Shown in pieces: positions 15,165 through 23,754 of a stretch of DNA of 56,220 bases; within the stretch, counting starts at the first letter, position 1; every line of letters begins with the position of its first letter. The DNA comes from a virus. Location of the stretch: the UHGV virus genome UHGV-0008794. One strand, written 5' to 3'. Under the pieces are notes generated by a model, which was not told the DNA's origin, searched no databases, and saw nothing but the letters and a program-made list of their open reading frames with translations. The translations under genes were made by a program, and so were the position numbers.

Positions 15165-15663
15165 AATTTGGAGGAAATAGGCATCCAAATCCATCTTTAT
15201 CGTAATTTCGACTTAGAAATTTCTCTAAAACTTTCTCAATTTGGTATCGATTTTTAGGATCGCAGAACGAGTAATCATCAATATCGGCGATCTCAAGATT
15301 TTCAAGCATCTCCCAAAACCAAGTTACAGCCCGATTTCCCTTGCTAGGATTCCACATAACCTCCTCATCAATTCGTATAGACAAGGCGATAAGCATCTCT
15401 AAAACACTACAAGGTTTGTCGTAAATAACACTGTAATCGGAATATAAACTTTGATTCTCGAAGTCACTACGAAGGTGCTTTCCGTCTTCCGCTCGATTGA
15501 TATCATTATCGATAACCCAATAGAAATCGGTTTCGAAAAGCACCCTCATCAGTTCAATAAAACTGTCTTGCGGATCGTTTGCATGAACAATATCACAAAG
15601 CCAGCTAAAATAATCTTCAAGAATATCGTCCGGAGAAGCTTCGTGTCTATACGTCTTCCCCAT
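15049..15663 (-). CDS. hypothetical acidic protein (204 aa)
   Basis: ORF track; good RBS; C-terminal ~40 codons overlap iteron copies so true 3' end is uncertain. Confidence 0.45.
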   Translation of the reverse strand: MGKTYRHEASPDDILEDYFSWLCDIVHANDPQDSFIELMRVLFETDFYWVIDNDINRAEDGKHLRSDFENQSLYSDYSVIYDKPCSVLEMLIALSIRIDEEVMWNPSKGNRAVTWFWEMLENLEIADIDDYSFCDPKNRYQIEKVLEKFLSRNYDKDGFGCLFPPNSCYTLNLKVSQKVSQIEIWYQMMDYMMSKYGVEEDTLV

Positions 15664-15680
15664 AAAAATCCTTACTAAAG

Positions 15681-16499
15681 TTAACTAATATGAATTACCG
15701 GTTCGTCGTTATGATCTTCAGCTACAATATTCTGAGAAGATCCTGCATACGAAGCTGGTACTCGACAAATTTCATAATCACAGCCATTACGATCGTTACG
15801 AATCATAACAATATCCGGTTCGTCTTCATCGATCACTCCAAAGAACTTTTTGTAATCATTACCTACAAGTTCTTCTGGATTGTAAATCGGATCTTCTCGA
15901 TCATCTGTAAGAACATCATTACCTTCGAAATATGTCAGAGTAATCTTTTCATACCACTGCTGAGTGTTATGAAATTCTGCTGTATCGATAGGATAAGGAA
16001 GTTTTTGATCTTCTCGAGCTTTACGAAGAGCTTCTAGTTTTTCTTCGTTATCAAATTCCTCATTCAAATCCTCTTCGTTATCAAACTCTTCGGTGTGTGG
16101 ATTATAATATCCCTCTTCTTCTGGATGTTCTCGTTCGGCCATATGCTCGTCAAAGGCATCATCTTTAACCGCTTGGCTTACGGCATTCAATTCACTCCGA
16201 AGATCGCAATATTCGGTATTAACAGCTGATTTTCCATCATAAAATGATGTATAATCTACGAATTTATCATAGGAATTAGCCGCTTTATCGTAAGCTTCTT
16301 CGCTTTTTTTCTCTTCTTTAATCGCATTATCCATAAACTCATTAGCCGCACGAATACGCTGACGAGCAACTTCTCGATATTCATTAATTTCTTTTTGTGT
16401 TTCACGTGCAAATTTACTGCGTAGTCCAAAATATGTTCCAACTCCACCAGTAATTGCACCTGCCACAAAACCAATTGCAACTTTTACAACGGTATTCAT
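15681..16499 (-). CDS. hypothetical membrane-anchored acidic protein (N-terminal TM, 272 aa)
   Basis: N-terminal VAIGFVAGAITGGVGTYFG TM; AAAGGAGTTTGTTATG leader. Confidence 0.5.
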   Translation of the reverse strand: MNTVVKVAIGFVAGAITGGVGTYFGLRSKFARETQKEINEYREVARQRIRAANEFMDNAIKEEKKSEEAYDKAANSYDKFVDYTSFYDGKSAVNTEYCDLRSELNAVSQAVKDDAFDEHMAEREHPEEEGYYNPHTEEFDNEEDLNEEFDNEEKLEALRKAREDQKLPYPIDTAEFHNTQQWYEKITLTYFEGNDVLTDDREDPIYNPEELVGNDYKKFFGVIDEDEPDIVMIRNDRNGCDYEICRVPASYAGSSQNIVAEDHNDEPVIHIS

Positions 16500-16592
16500 A
16501 ACAAACTCCTAAAAGTACGTATACAGAGACGGGTAGTCAAGAATGTCCTGCTCGAATACCCCAGAACCAACGGAATTAAGACCGTCTCGCCT

Positions 16593-17537
16593 TCAGATCA
16601 GATCATAAATAACGCCATCAACGTTGAAATCAAGAAGAATGGATGGCTCATAACCATTTACGAAGTCACGTTTGTTAACATCGTTAATTTGGAAGATATT
16701 GAAATCAACATAGCCATCTCCATCTTCGCCAATATTACCATCATTCCAAATCCAACCAACAACGGCACCTGCTGCGGAACGCTTAAAGCCGAGATTATCG
16801 TAAACTTCGTTCAGGAAAAGATGACCACGAGAACGAAGCATATCGTTCAGCATATTCTGAGCAGTCTCCAGAAAGTATTTGTTCTGCTCAGGGCTCTTAG
16901 ACCAATTGGGATTTGCCTCGTCGAAGAATCGAGCGTACTGACTTACTTGAATACCGGGAATAACTTCAGTCTTAGTCTTTACGGTCTTAGTTTTACCATT
17001 TTCGGTCTTGATCTTTTCAGATTTGGTCTCAATCTCGGTTCCATAATAAAAATGACGATCTTGATCTTCGCCAAGCTCCGTGCGAACTCGATCTCGATAG
17101 TTGTTAAACGTCTCTTCACAAAGCTTATATGCTGCTACGAGAGCTACATTACGCTTCTTCATGATCCCATGTGCGCCGAAGAAGCAAGAAATACCCAGAA
17201 CGGTCAGAGTTACGCCTGGAGCATATTCCTTCACAAGCTTCTTACCGCAATTAATCTTATTGATGAGAATATCCTTCTTGTAATCTTCTTCAGAATATTC
17301 TACACCTTCTTCGAGTTCCACGTCACCATTGTGAACAGACTCGATCTTCTCCTTGTTTTCCTTATTTTCGTCTAGAATCTCATCAACCTTAAGTGTGGCT
17401 TTAGCCGTAGCTACCGTACCAGCGACAATAGCTACCGTACCAGCGGCCATCAAGATTTCAGGACTATATTTCTTAGCGATCAGTAGTGCTCGACTACCAT
17501 TCTTAATAGCAATATCTTTAATTGCTCCAATGTTCAT
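16593..17537 (-). CDS. membrane protein, paralog family A (full length, 314 aa)
   Basis: N-terminal TM pair and AHGIMKKRNVALVAAYKLCEETFNNY segment homologous to 20173-20988 product; C-terminal domain (VSQYARFFDEANPNWSKSP...GWIWNDG...LLDFNVDGVI) duplicated as ORF 29017-29346. Confidence 0.55.
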   Translation of the reverse strand: MNIGAIKDIAIKNGSRALLIAKKYSPEILMAAGTVAIVAGTVATAKATLKVDEILDENKENKEKIESVHNGDVELEEGVEYSEEDYKKDILINKINCGKKLVKEYAPGVTLTVLGISCFFGAHGIMKKRNVALVAAYKLCEETFNNYRDRVRTELGEDQDRHFYYGTEIETKSEKIKTENGKTKTVKTKTEVIPGIQVSQYARFFDEANPNWSKSPEQNKYFLETAQNMLNDMLRSRGHLFLNEVYDNLGFKRSAAGAVVGWIWNDGNIGEDGDGYVDFNIFQINDVNKRDFVNGYEPSILLDFNVDGVIYDLI

Positions 17538-17567
17538 GTGAACTCCTTCTGTTAATTGTGAAAAATA

Positions 17568-17605
17568 TAAGAAAGGAGGATCATGCTTTTATACACAATC
17601 CTCCT
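17568..17605 (-). terminator. rho-independent terminator (8-bp stem AGGAGGAT/ATCCTCCT, then TTCTTATATTTTT on minus strand)
   Basis: seen directly downstream of 17646-17852 stop. Confidence 0.5.
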
Positions 17606-17645
17606 AATCTTTAAATGGATTTTTACTACAGCGTTTTTAATTGAC

Positions 17646-17852
17646 TTATACGTTTGTCAATGGATTAATCTCAATTTCCTTGATCCAACCAATAATGTCT
17701 TTACCAGCGTTAGCGTATCCATTGGTGTAGCCAACGTCGTAAATGTTCTTCAAACATACGACACCAGCCAAGCCAATACTCGTTACGATGATTTCGACTT
17801 TATGATCGTCAACGAACTTGATAGATCCTTTGATTTTCTCTTTCAACGACAT
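17646..17852 (-). CDS. hypothetical small protein (68 aa)
   Basis: ORF track; AAAGGAGTTTGTTATG leader; preceded by conserved promoter motif. Confidence 0.5.
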   Translation of the reverse strand: MSLKEKIKGSIKFVDDHKVEIIVTSIGLAGVVCLKNIYDVGYTNGYANAGKDIIGWIKEIEINPLTNV

Positions 17853-17882
17853 AACAAACTCCTTTCATAAAGTTTCCACTCT

Positions 17883-17906
17883 ATTATAGGATATGTTATT
17901 TCTGCG
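17883..17906 (-). promoter_or_regulatory. conserved early-type promoter motif copy 1 (CGCAGA-N12-TATAAT, minus sense)
   Basis: minus-sense TTTCGCAGAAATAACATATCCTATAATAGAG about 30 nt upstream of ATG 17852. Confidence 0.5.
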
Positions 17907-18093
17907 AAAGTTGTGGAAGTTTCTCTTTACCGATCAAAATATCATAGAGATATTGAGCATCTTCATCTTGAAATGCATTAATTACTTCCGGAACAGGCTT
18001 AGTCGGATCTTGCACGCCAATGCAAATAAGATTGACCTGTCCATTAAATTTTCGATCGGTACCAATTACAAAACTATCGGGTTTATCAGACAT
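17896..18093 (-). CDS. hypothetical small protein (65 aa)
   Basis: ORF track; a further 48-52-aa minus-strand ORF (about 18081-18236, MGIQMSINIKDQRDW...) lies upstream and was not in the track. Confidence 0.4.
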   Translation of the reverse strand: MSDKPDSFVIGTDRKFNGQVNLICIGVQDPTKPVPEVINAFQDEDAQYLYDILIGKEKLPQLSQK

Positions 18094-18414
18094 TAATCTT
18101 ACCTTTCCTACGAAGGTTTAAAAATAGAGCTGTCACCTGCTTGTCAGACATGCGATCGACCTTGTCTTTCCAAGCGTCTCCAGGATATGCTTGTTTGCAC
18201 CAATCTCGTTGATCTTTTATATTAATACTCATTTGGATTCCCATTCTTTAAAAGCTTTGCGATAAGATTAATAGAAAAAACACAATGAATTCTTTAAGGC
18301 AAACTATGGAAAAAATAGCAGTTAAGATGTATAGAATAGTCAAAACTGCTATAATTCCTAACAGTAAATATGCAACAATGTTTTTCATTCCCAAGGAGGC
18401 CTCGTTGTTTCGTC

Positions 18415-19074
18415 TCAATCAATCTCATAAGCTTTGGGAAGATTTAGCACATATCCATCTCGACAACGACTAACCGATGCCATTGACAAGTTTGTCCAAC
18501 CGTATTTATTATCCGTATAATCGCTATCGATACCAACCAATGCATAAAGATCAGCAACCGATGCTGCTCCATATTCATCAATAATGTCCAGTAGACGATC
18601 AATTACAAGTTCTGCTTCAGAACGAGTATCAAGAATAATATCATCGTTATACAATCGACGAGAAGTTGAGCGTCGAGATTCTCCACGACGATCTCGACCA
18701 CGTTCCTCCTCCCTTCGACTATAACTCGAATAATTTACATAAGAGCGACCGCGATCTCGAGACATTGAACGACCACGACGTTCTCCGAATAGTAGCATTT
18801 CAATGCCGCCTGTAACCATATCACTAAGAGTATTTTTTGCAGCTGGGACCAAAACATCGTAAAGGATATAATCCACTACTGTTGCCTTGTCGCTTTCTTC
18901 TCCAATAAATGCTTCTGAGAATTTTTTACCAACACCCTTCTTGCGTTTTGTCGCATTCGTAGCGGTTACTTGCTGAATATCTTTCTTTTTTTCTTCCTCG
19001 TCATGTTTCCGTTCTTTTTCTTTGTGGGAATTAGACGGAAATGATTCAGAAGTTGGAATTTCTACTTTGGCCAT
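18415..19074 (-). CDS. hypothetical protein with Arg/Ser-rich low-complexity core (219 aa)
   Basis: RRGRSMSRDRGRSYVNYSSYSRREEERGRDRRGESRRSTSRR segment; basic N-terminus. Confidence 0.5.
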   Translation of the reverse strand: MAKVEIPTSESFPSNSHKEKERKHDEEEKKKDIQQVTATNATKRKKGVGKKFSEAFIGEESDKATVVDYILYDVLVPAAKNTLSDMVTGGIEMLLFGERRGRSMSRDRGRSYVNYSSYSRREEERGRDRRGESRRSTSRRLYNDDIILDTRSEAELVIDRLLDIIDEYGAASVADLYALVGIDSDYTDNKYGWTNLSMASVSRCRDGYVLNLPKAYEID

Positions 19075-19099
19075 TTGATAAAAAAACCTTTCTTATAAG

Positions 19100-19135
19100 A
19101 AAAAATAAGAGGGTATGGAAATCCTCTTATTTTAG
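19100..19135 (-). terminator. rho-independent terminator after 19159-19425 (stem AAGAGG/CCTCTT, then ATTTTTTCTT on minus strand)
   Basis: seen directly. Confidence 0.45.
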
Positions 19136-19158
19136 AGATTACTCGTTATAGTTTTTCT

Positions 19159-19425
19159 TTACTTTTCGACCTCTCCGCAAATCATACTAACCTGCTTACT
19201 AGCTTCTCTGCCGCAAGCATCGCCAACAATCGCTCCTACTAGTCCTGTACCAACAATATACGCACCTTTAATAAAGGCATTCGCATTCGCTGGAGCAAAG
19301 ACTCCTAGAACGGTTCCAGTCATGATACTTCCGCAAATATTGCCCGTAATTTCAACAGCATTTTTCACAGCATTAACGTCGATTGCAAACATAACAAACT
19401 CCTTTTCGCAAGTTTTCTCCGTCAT
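19159..19425 (-). CDS. small glycine-zipper membrane protein (88 aa), trio member 3
   Basis: GTGLVGAIVGDACGREA and ITGNICGSIMTGTVLGVFAPANA GxxxG repeats; own promoter motif upstream. Confidence 0.55.
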   Translation of the reverse strand: MTEKTCEKEFVMFAIDVNAVKNAVEITGNICGSIMTGTVLGVFAPANANAFIKGAYIVGTGLVGAIVGDACGREASKQVSMICGEVEK

Positions 19426-19447
19426 TATAGCGTATGAAATTCTTGCG
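19424..19447 (-). promoter_or_regulatory. conserved promoter motif copy 2 (CGCAAG-N12-TATAAT)
   Basis: minus-sense GTCGCAAGAATTTCATACGCTATAATGACGGAG. Confidence 0.5.
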
Positions 19448-19712
19448 ACACATAAGATTCTTTTTCTTCTGGGAGTATATCGTTGATCGTCTTCAGTACA
19501 TTTTTGGTATCGTCGATAATATAATTTGCGACTTTATCGCCAATATAAGCACCAATAGCTCCAGTTCCAATCGCAACGGCAATTCGTTCAACAAGACCCA
19601 TGTTGGTCGGAAGAGCGGCACCAATGACTTTACAAACTACTAAACCAATACAACCGCTACTAATAAGACCCGCGCCATTAGCAATCGTTTCAACGTTTTC
19701 GATCTTCTTCAT
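19425..19712 (-). CDS. small glycine-zipper membrane protein (95 aa from internal ATG), trio member 2
   Basis: IGTGAIGAYIGD, CIGLVVCKVIGAAL; start moved to MKKIENV ATG with GGGAGTTTGTT leader (track start is upstream leader read-through). Confidence 0.55.
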   Translation of the reverse strand: MKKIENVETIANGAGLISSGCIGLVVCKVIGAALPTNMGLVERIAVAIGTGAIGAYIGDKVANYIIDDTKNVLKTINDILPEEKESYVSQEFHTL

Positions 19713-19781
19713 AACAAACTCCCTAAAAATAAAGAAGGAGAACTCTTTTCGAATTCTCCTTCTCTTTGACATGAATATAAC

Positions 19782-20021
19782 TTAGATTGCAGTTTCCACA
19801 ACTTCGGGAACAACATCCTTCGCGACGTCCGTAGCAGCCTTTGCAGCTTCAACGACCGTTCCTCCATGACCGTTCAGAATAAGGTAGGCTGCGCCGGCGC
19901 CCAATGCGACGCCACCGATAACCATACCAGCGTTCTTAGCGATCTTGAAGGCTTTGCTCGATTTAGCAGCTTCCAGCTTAACTTCGACAGCCTCTTTGAC
20001 GTTCTTCTTCTCTTCGTTCAT
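19782..20021 (-). CDS. small glycine-zipper membrane protein (79 aa), trio member 1
   Basis: MVIGGVALGAGAAYLILNGHGG; own promoter motif upstream. Confidence 0.55.
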   Translation of the reverse strand: MNEEKKNVKEAVEVKLEAAKSSKAFKIAKNAGMVIGGVALGAGAAYLILNGHGGTVVEAAKAATDVAKDVVPEVVETAI

Positions 20022-20052
20022 GGTATTCTCCTTTCAACATTATTACCATGTC

Positions 20053-20075
20053 ATTATAGCGCATGAAAAAATTGC
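20053..20075 (-). promoter_or_regulatory. conserved promoter motif copy 3 (CGCAAT-N12-TATAAT)
   Basis: minus-sense ATTCGCAATTTTTTCATGCGCTATAATGACATGG. Confidence 0.5.
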
Positions 20076-20172
20076 GAATTATTTAATTCCTCGCAATCGA
20101 TCGAAAATATACACAACTAAACCAATAGATGTGATTAAGAAAAAACTTTAACTAATAAATCTTCTAGCAAAT

Positions 20173-20988
20173 TTATCTCCTATAATCTACTTGAGGTTCT
20201 GTGTTATAAACAACTTTCAAACAAGGTTCTCCATTTCCTGCTTTATGGCCGCCTCGAACTGAAATATCCAAAAGTTGATCACCGTTCCAACCTGCAAACT
20301 CGCCGAGATCAATTTCTGGAAGTCCAAGATACATATACCATTCATTTACGTCTAGATAGTAATCATCATTCAATCGATGGTTAAAATCGTTCATAGCAGA
20401 AAATATATGGTTCTCATTAGATCTAAAATATCGACCAGAAAGTTCATCATAACAAAGATATACTCCATACCCAAGACCCATAGAAAGATCCATTTCACTT
20501 TGAGCTTCTTGCTCTGCTTCTTTTAGAACTTCTTTATTTTGGTCATCTCCAACAATTTCTGCAATCTTCTCTTGATATTTATCGAGAGTCTTTTCCGCAA
20601 GAGTACAAGCTCCAGCCAAAGCAAGATTTCGTCCGTGAGAGATTCGATAAGCGCCAATAATACATGCAGTTGACAAAACAATCATTCCGATAGTTGGAAC
20701 ATAACATTTCCAACTAGCTTCGATAATTTCTTTAGTTGTTAGAATAGAAAGATTGTCGCTTAAAGTTCTATTTTCGCTTTTTGGATCGACTTCTTCTGCT
20801 TTTTTATCAAGAAGCTCAATGGCTTTCGGAGTGGCCTTGATGCCAAATATAACGGCTGTTCCATAACCAACGATACCAAAACCTGTTAAAAACGCTGGAG
20901 AATTCTCACCAACAAATCTACCAACGTTCGTAACGCCTTCTTTGATAATGTTTGCGTTAATCTTCAAGATTCTCTCCAATCTTATCAT
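20173..20988 (-). CDS. membrane protein, paralog family A (about 270 aa)
   Basis: TM helices plus AYRISHGRNLALAGACTLAEKTLDKYQEKI homologous to 16593-17537; start uncertain (ATG at 20988 lacks SD; TTG with GGAGAG RBS just downstream). Confidence 0.5.
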   Translation of the reverse strand: MIRLERILKINANIIKEGVTNVGRFVGENSPAFLTGFGIVGYGTAVIFGIKATPKAIELLDKKAEEVDPKSENRTLSDNLSILTTKEIIEASWKCYVPTIGMIVLSTACIIGAYRISHGRNLALAGACTLAEKTLDKYQEKIAEIVGDDQNKEVLKEAEQEAQSEMDLSMGLGYGVYLCYDELSGRYFRSNENHIFSAMNDFNHRLNDDYYLDVNEWYMYLGLPEIDLGEFAGWNGDQLLDISVRGGHKAGNGEPCLKVVYNTEPQVDYRR

Positions 20989-21394
20989 TTTCAATAAGCT
21001 TCTCCAAATATGCAATCGCATAACCTATATGCATAAGCTCTATGTCACTTCCGAGTTGAATTCGAGTTATTTCGACTTCGGCAGCATACAGACATTCGTT
21101 ATTTTTAATGTAATTGGTACGACCAAGTTTAATCCAACTTGTAAGTTTTTCATCGTCAAAATATGAAGCTACCCTTTTGAGATACCAAATGGCTTTCTCG
21201 ATATCTTGCTTGAAATTACCTTTATCTTGACAACGTTCAACATACTTGAATGCGTTGAGCAAACAAAAATGCCTAACAAATGAAACACCGAATGCAGCTT
21301 CCATTTTTTCAATACATTCAAGTTGGCCTGGTTTACAATAGTGACTAGGATGATTAACCGGATCATCCTCGATTTTCTTACAAGTTTCTGTCAT
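20957..21394 (-). CDS. DUF3310-like phage protein (conserved VNHPSHY motif)
   Basis: 145 aa; DDPVNHPSHYCKPG hallmark; start moved past ATGAAAGGAG leader to MTETCKK. Confidence 0.5.
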   Translation of the reverse strand: MTETCKKIEDDPVNHPSHYCKPGQLECIEKMEAAFGVSFVRHFCLLNAFKYVERCQDKGNFKQDIEKAIWYLKRVASYFDDEKLTSWIKLGRTNYIKNNECLYAAEVEITRIQLGSDIELMHIGYAIAYLEKLIENDKIGENLED

Positions 21395-21423
21395 AGCGAT
21401 TTCTCCTTTCAAGAAATTTGGTG

Positions 21424-21460
21424 AAAAATAAAAGAGGCTGCGATTAACAACCTCTTTTAA
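21424..21460 (-). terminator. rho-independent terminator after 21465-21677 (AAAAGAGG/CCTCTTTT stem, then ATTTTT)
   Basis: seen directly. Confidence 0.5.
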
Positions 21461-21464
21461 TAAA

Positions 21465-21677
21465 CTAGTTTCGATAAACTAATTTAGTCAGATCTACAAT
21501 TTCACTCACAAGTTCGTCGATTTCTTGATTTTGTTCGGAGATCTTTTTTGCAAGTCTGCGATACACAAATATTCCTGCTATAATAGCAATAGCAGCAATA
21601 AACATCGCAGCACTTGAACAAAAGTTCTGCCAAGCAATTTCGTTCATAACAACATTGTAAAGCTGATCAATAGACAT
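21465..21677 (-). CDS. small single-TM protein (70 aa)
   Basis: AAMFIAAIAIIAGIFVY TM; AAAGGAGTTTGTTATG leader; promoter copy 4 upstream. Confidence 0.5.
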   Translation of the reverse strand: MSIDQLYNVVMNEIAWQNFCSSAAMFIAAIAIIAGIFVYRRLAKKISEQNQEIDELVSEIVDLTKLVYRN

Positions 21678-21704
21678 AACAAACTCCTTTAACGATTTCT
21701 ACTT

Positions 21705-21729
21705 CGTTATAGGGTGTGAAATATCTGCG
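21705..21729 (-). promoter_or_regulatory. conserved promoter motif copy 4 (CGCAGA-N12-TATAAC variant); overlaps 3' end of an untracked 58-aa Cys-rich ORF (about 21699-21875)
   Basis: minus-sense GGTCGCAGATATTTCACACCCTATAACGAAG. Confidence 0.4.
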
Positions 21730-21874
21730 ACCTCAATATAATGCTCATCGTCAAACTTCTTAAAATTTACAGCATGACGAATATCAAGCGTATGACTGCA
21801 CTCGGGATTTGGAATGATATTACATCCATCGCAAGCTTTACGATCGCATAAATATGCGACTTTAATGTTATTCA

Positions 21875-22060
21875 TTATGCTTCTCGCTTTCGACGAACAT
21901 CTTTCAAATATAGTTCGTAATGCTGAAGACTCGATTCCTTTTTAGTTCGCCCCTGTTCAATATTAATAATTGTTTGTCGATCGACACGCATGTCCTCAGC
22001 GCATTTTCCGATCGTTAGTCCGAGTTCGATTCGCATTTTTCTTAGATTTCGAGCTAGCAC
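21875..22060 (-). CDS. XRE-family (Cro/CI-type) HTH transcriptional regulator
   Basis: 61 aa; RIELGLTIGKCAEDMRVDRQTIINIEQG canonical HTH_XRE pattern. Confidence 0.65.
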   Translation of the reverse strand: MLARNLRKMRIELGLTIGKCAEDMRVDRQTIINIEQGRTKKESSLQHYELYLKDVRRKREA

Positions 22061-22211
22061 TTTTTCCTTCTTCCCAAAAATATGGTTTGTGAGAGTCGTA
22101 ATTCGTAGGTTCTTCTAAGCAATCCCAACAAGGATCCTGATCTTCAGATAAATCGGAATATTTGCACGTCGGGCAATACTGATCAAAATATACTTCTTTT
22201 GGTTCAGCCAT
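21996..22211 (-). CDS. small zinc-ribbon-like protein (CPTC...CWDC), 71 aa
   Basis: start set at MAEPKEV ATG with GGAAGGAGG RBS; 3' end overlaps start of XRE gene so extent uncertain. Confidence 0.4.
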   Translation of the reverse strand: MAEPKEVYFDQYCPTCKYSDLSEDQDPCWDCLEEPTNYDSHKPYFWEEGKSASSKSKKNANRTRTNDRKMR

Positions 22212-22264
22212 TAAAACCTCCTTCCATCTCGATAATGTATTTAATATGTTCTGAATTTTATTTC

Positions 22265-22480
22265 TCATGATGGAGTACGATCTTGTCCGTAATAGAAATA
22301 TGTACCAGAAACCCTTGCTCCACATTCGGAACAATATCCATTATGATCGTCTACAGGATAACCACAGGCATTGCAGACATAACCGTAGGAGCCGTCTTTT
22401 CTCAATTTTTCATGTTTTCCAACTTCTGGCGGAACATCTACCCACGGATATCGACAGGAATGCTTCATTTCGTTACTCAT
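22265..22480 (-). CDS. small zinc-ribbon protein (CNACGYP...CSECGA), 71 aa
   Basis: start set at MSNEMKH ATG with AGGAGAAGAAAAATA leader. Confidence 0.45.
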   Translation of the reverse strand: MSNEMKHSCRYPWVDVPPEVGKHEKLRKDGSYGYVCNACGYPVDDHNGYCSECGARVSGTYFYYGQDRTPS

Positions 22481-22597
22481 TATTTTTCTTCTCCTAATGC
22501 GTCCGTAGATACTTAACAAAGATCCAAATAAGCCATAAACCTCCGGTAATAAAGATCATAAAAATATCAAATAATGCATGGAGACATCCGTAATTCT

Positions 22598-22936
22598 TCA
22601 TTTGAAATCCTCTTCATTTTCGGCTTCGACAAATTTACATACATCCATCTTTTCACAAGTTACAGTCCAATCCACACGTTTAGACTTGCAATCATAAAAG
22701 TCATTACTTGATAGCTTCAAATCTCCGTTATTGCATTTATAGCAGCATTCGGATAATTTAACTGTCAACATCGTTCCAAACCTCTGTAACATATCTTCTG
22801 ATAATTCGTAAGTTATCCATCGTTGTCCACAAGATAAGCATGCTCGTCGACGTTTTATTCCATCATGAGAAACGCCCTCATTACGGGAATCTAAAACTTT
22901 AAAATTATGACTCCCGCATCTTGGACAGACCATCAT
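22598..22936 (-). CDS. protein with NrdR-like N-terminal zinc ribbon (no ATP-cone) and Cys-rich C-terminus
   Basis: MMVCPRCGSHNFKVLDSR...RRRACLSCGQRWITYE parallels NrdR N-terminus (C-P-x-C-G...V-x-DSR...RRR-x-C-x-SCG-x-R-F-TYE). Confidence 0.45.
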   Translation of the reverse strand: MMVCPRCGSHNFKVLDSRNEGVSHDGIKRRRACLSCGQRWITYELSEDMLQRFGTMLTVKLSECCYKCNNGDLKLSSNDFYDCKSKRVDWTVTCEKMDVCKFVEAENEEDFK

Positions 22937-22938
22937 TA

Positions 22939-23466
22939 TTAAATATCCCCTTTGACACGATGTTGAGAACGATCGCTATCGAATCCGTCTGGATACCTCT
23001 TAGCAAGTTTATCAATATTCATCTGCATAACGTCAGACATACTTACGCCAAGAGCCTCGCAACCCATCGCCACATACCACAAAATATCGCCGAGTTCTTT
23101 TGCCAAATGCGTAACATCCAATTCGTGACCCTGATACAAATGCTTCTTGATTAGATCAGAATATTCTCCGGATTCACCGGCAAGTCCGAGAGCCGAGTTC
23201 ACCATAAGCTCTGTCCGACTCAAATTTTTAGGTGCAGTCCTCATTGCTAGTTTTTGGTAATCATATCCATCCATTTTAACATCCTCTGTATTCAAATCCC
23301 AATTGCCACGAACTCCATCCATACTGGAATATGCAATGCAATAATAAGTGTTTCTATTTCCCCAATATACCCAGAAATAAGGGCTTTCGTATTCTATTTC
23401 GATATCGTAAACAGTCCCATTACGTAGACCCTTATATCCACTAGCACCAATAAAACGAGATTTCAT
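22939..23466 (-). CDS. MazG-like nucleoside triphosphate pyrophosphohydrolase (C-terminal domain)
   Basis: 175 aa; ALGLAGESGEYSDLIKKH...ELGDILWYVAMGCEALGVSMSDVMQMNIDKLAKR typical MazG/NTP-PPase helices. Confidence 0.6.
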   Translation of the reverse strand: MKSRFIGASGYKGLRNGTVYDIEIEYESPYFWVYWGNRNTYYCIAYSSMDGVRGNWDLNTEDVKMDGYDYQKLAMRTAPKNLSRTELMVNSALGLAGESGEYSDLIKKHLYQGHELDVTHLAKELGDILWYVAMGCEALGVSMSDVMQMNIDKLAKRYPDGFDSDRSQHRVKGDI

Positions 23467-23754
23467 ATTTACTCCTCTAGTCTCTTAATGGGCAATAAGC
23501 CATACCAATGCGAATATTGAAATCGTTAAAATTACAGTGCAAAATATATCAAGCATCTTTCTCCTTAAACTGCAGTACTAGTTGAAATATATTTCTTGGT
23601 AATCCTTATCTATTGTTGGTGTTTTTTAGCGCCTCTAACTCATTTTCAAGTTTTTCTATTCGACTATTCATATCGTGAAGAATATCGACAACTCGCATAA
23701 CTTGTTTGGCAAGGTCGTTAATGCTTTCGATTAAAAATACTTCTTTCTCGAGTG

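Noticed and set aside
18285-18473. Plus-strand 62-aa ORF in the 18237-18414 gap and a plus-strand TATAAT at about 18349
   Set aside because: No RBS, overlaps the C-terminus of the minus-strand gene 18415-19074; the gap more likely holds minus-strand regulatory sequence.
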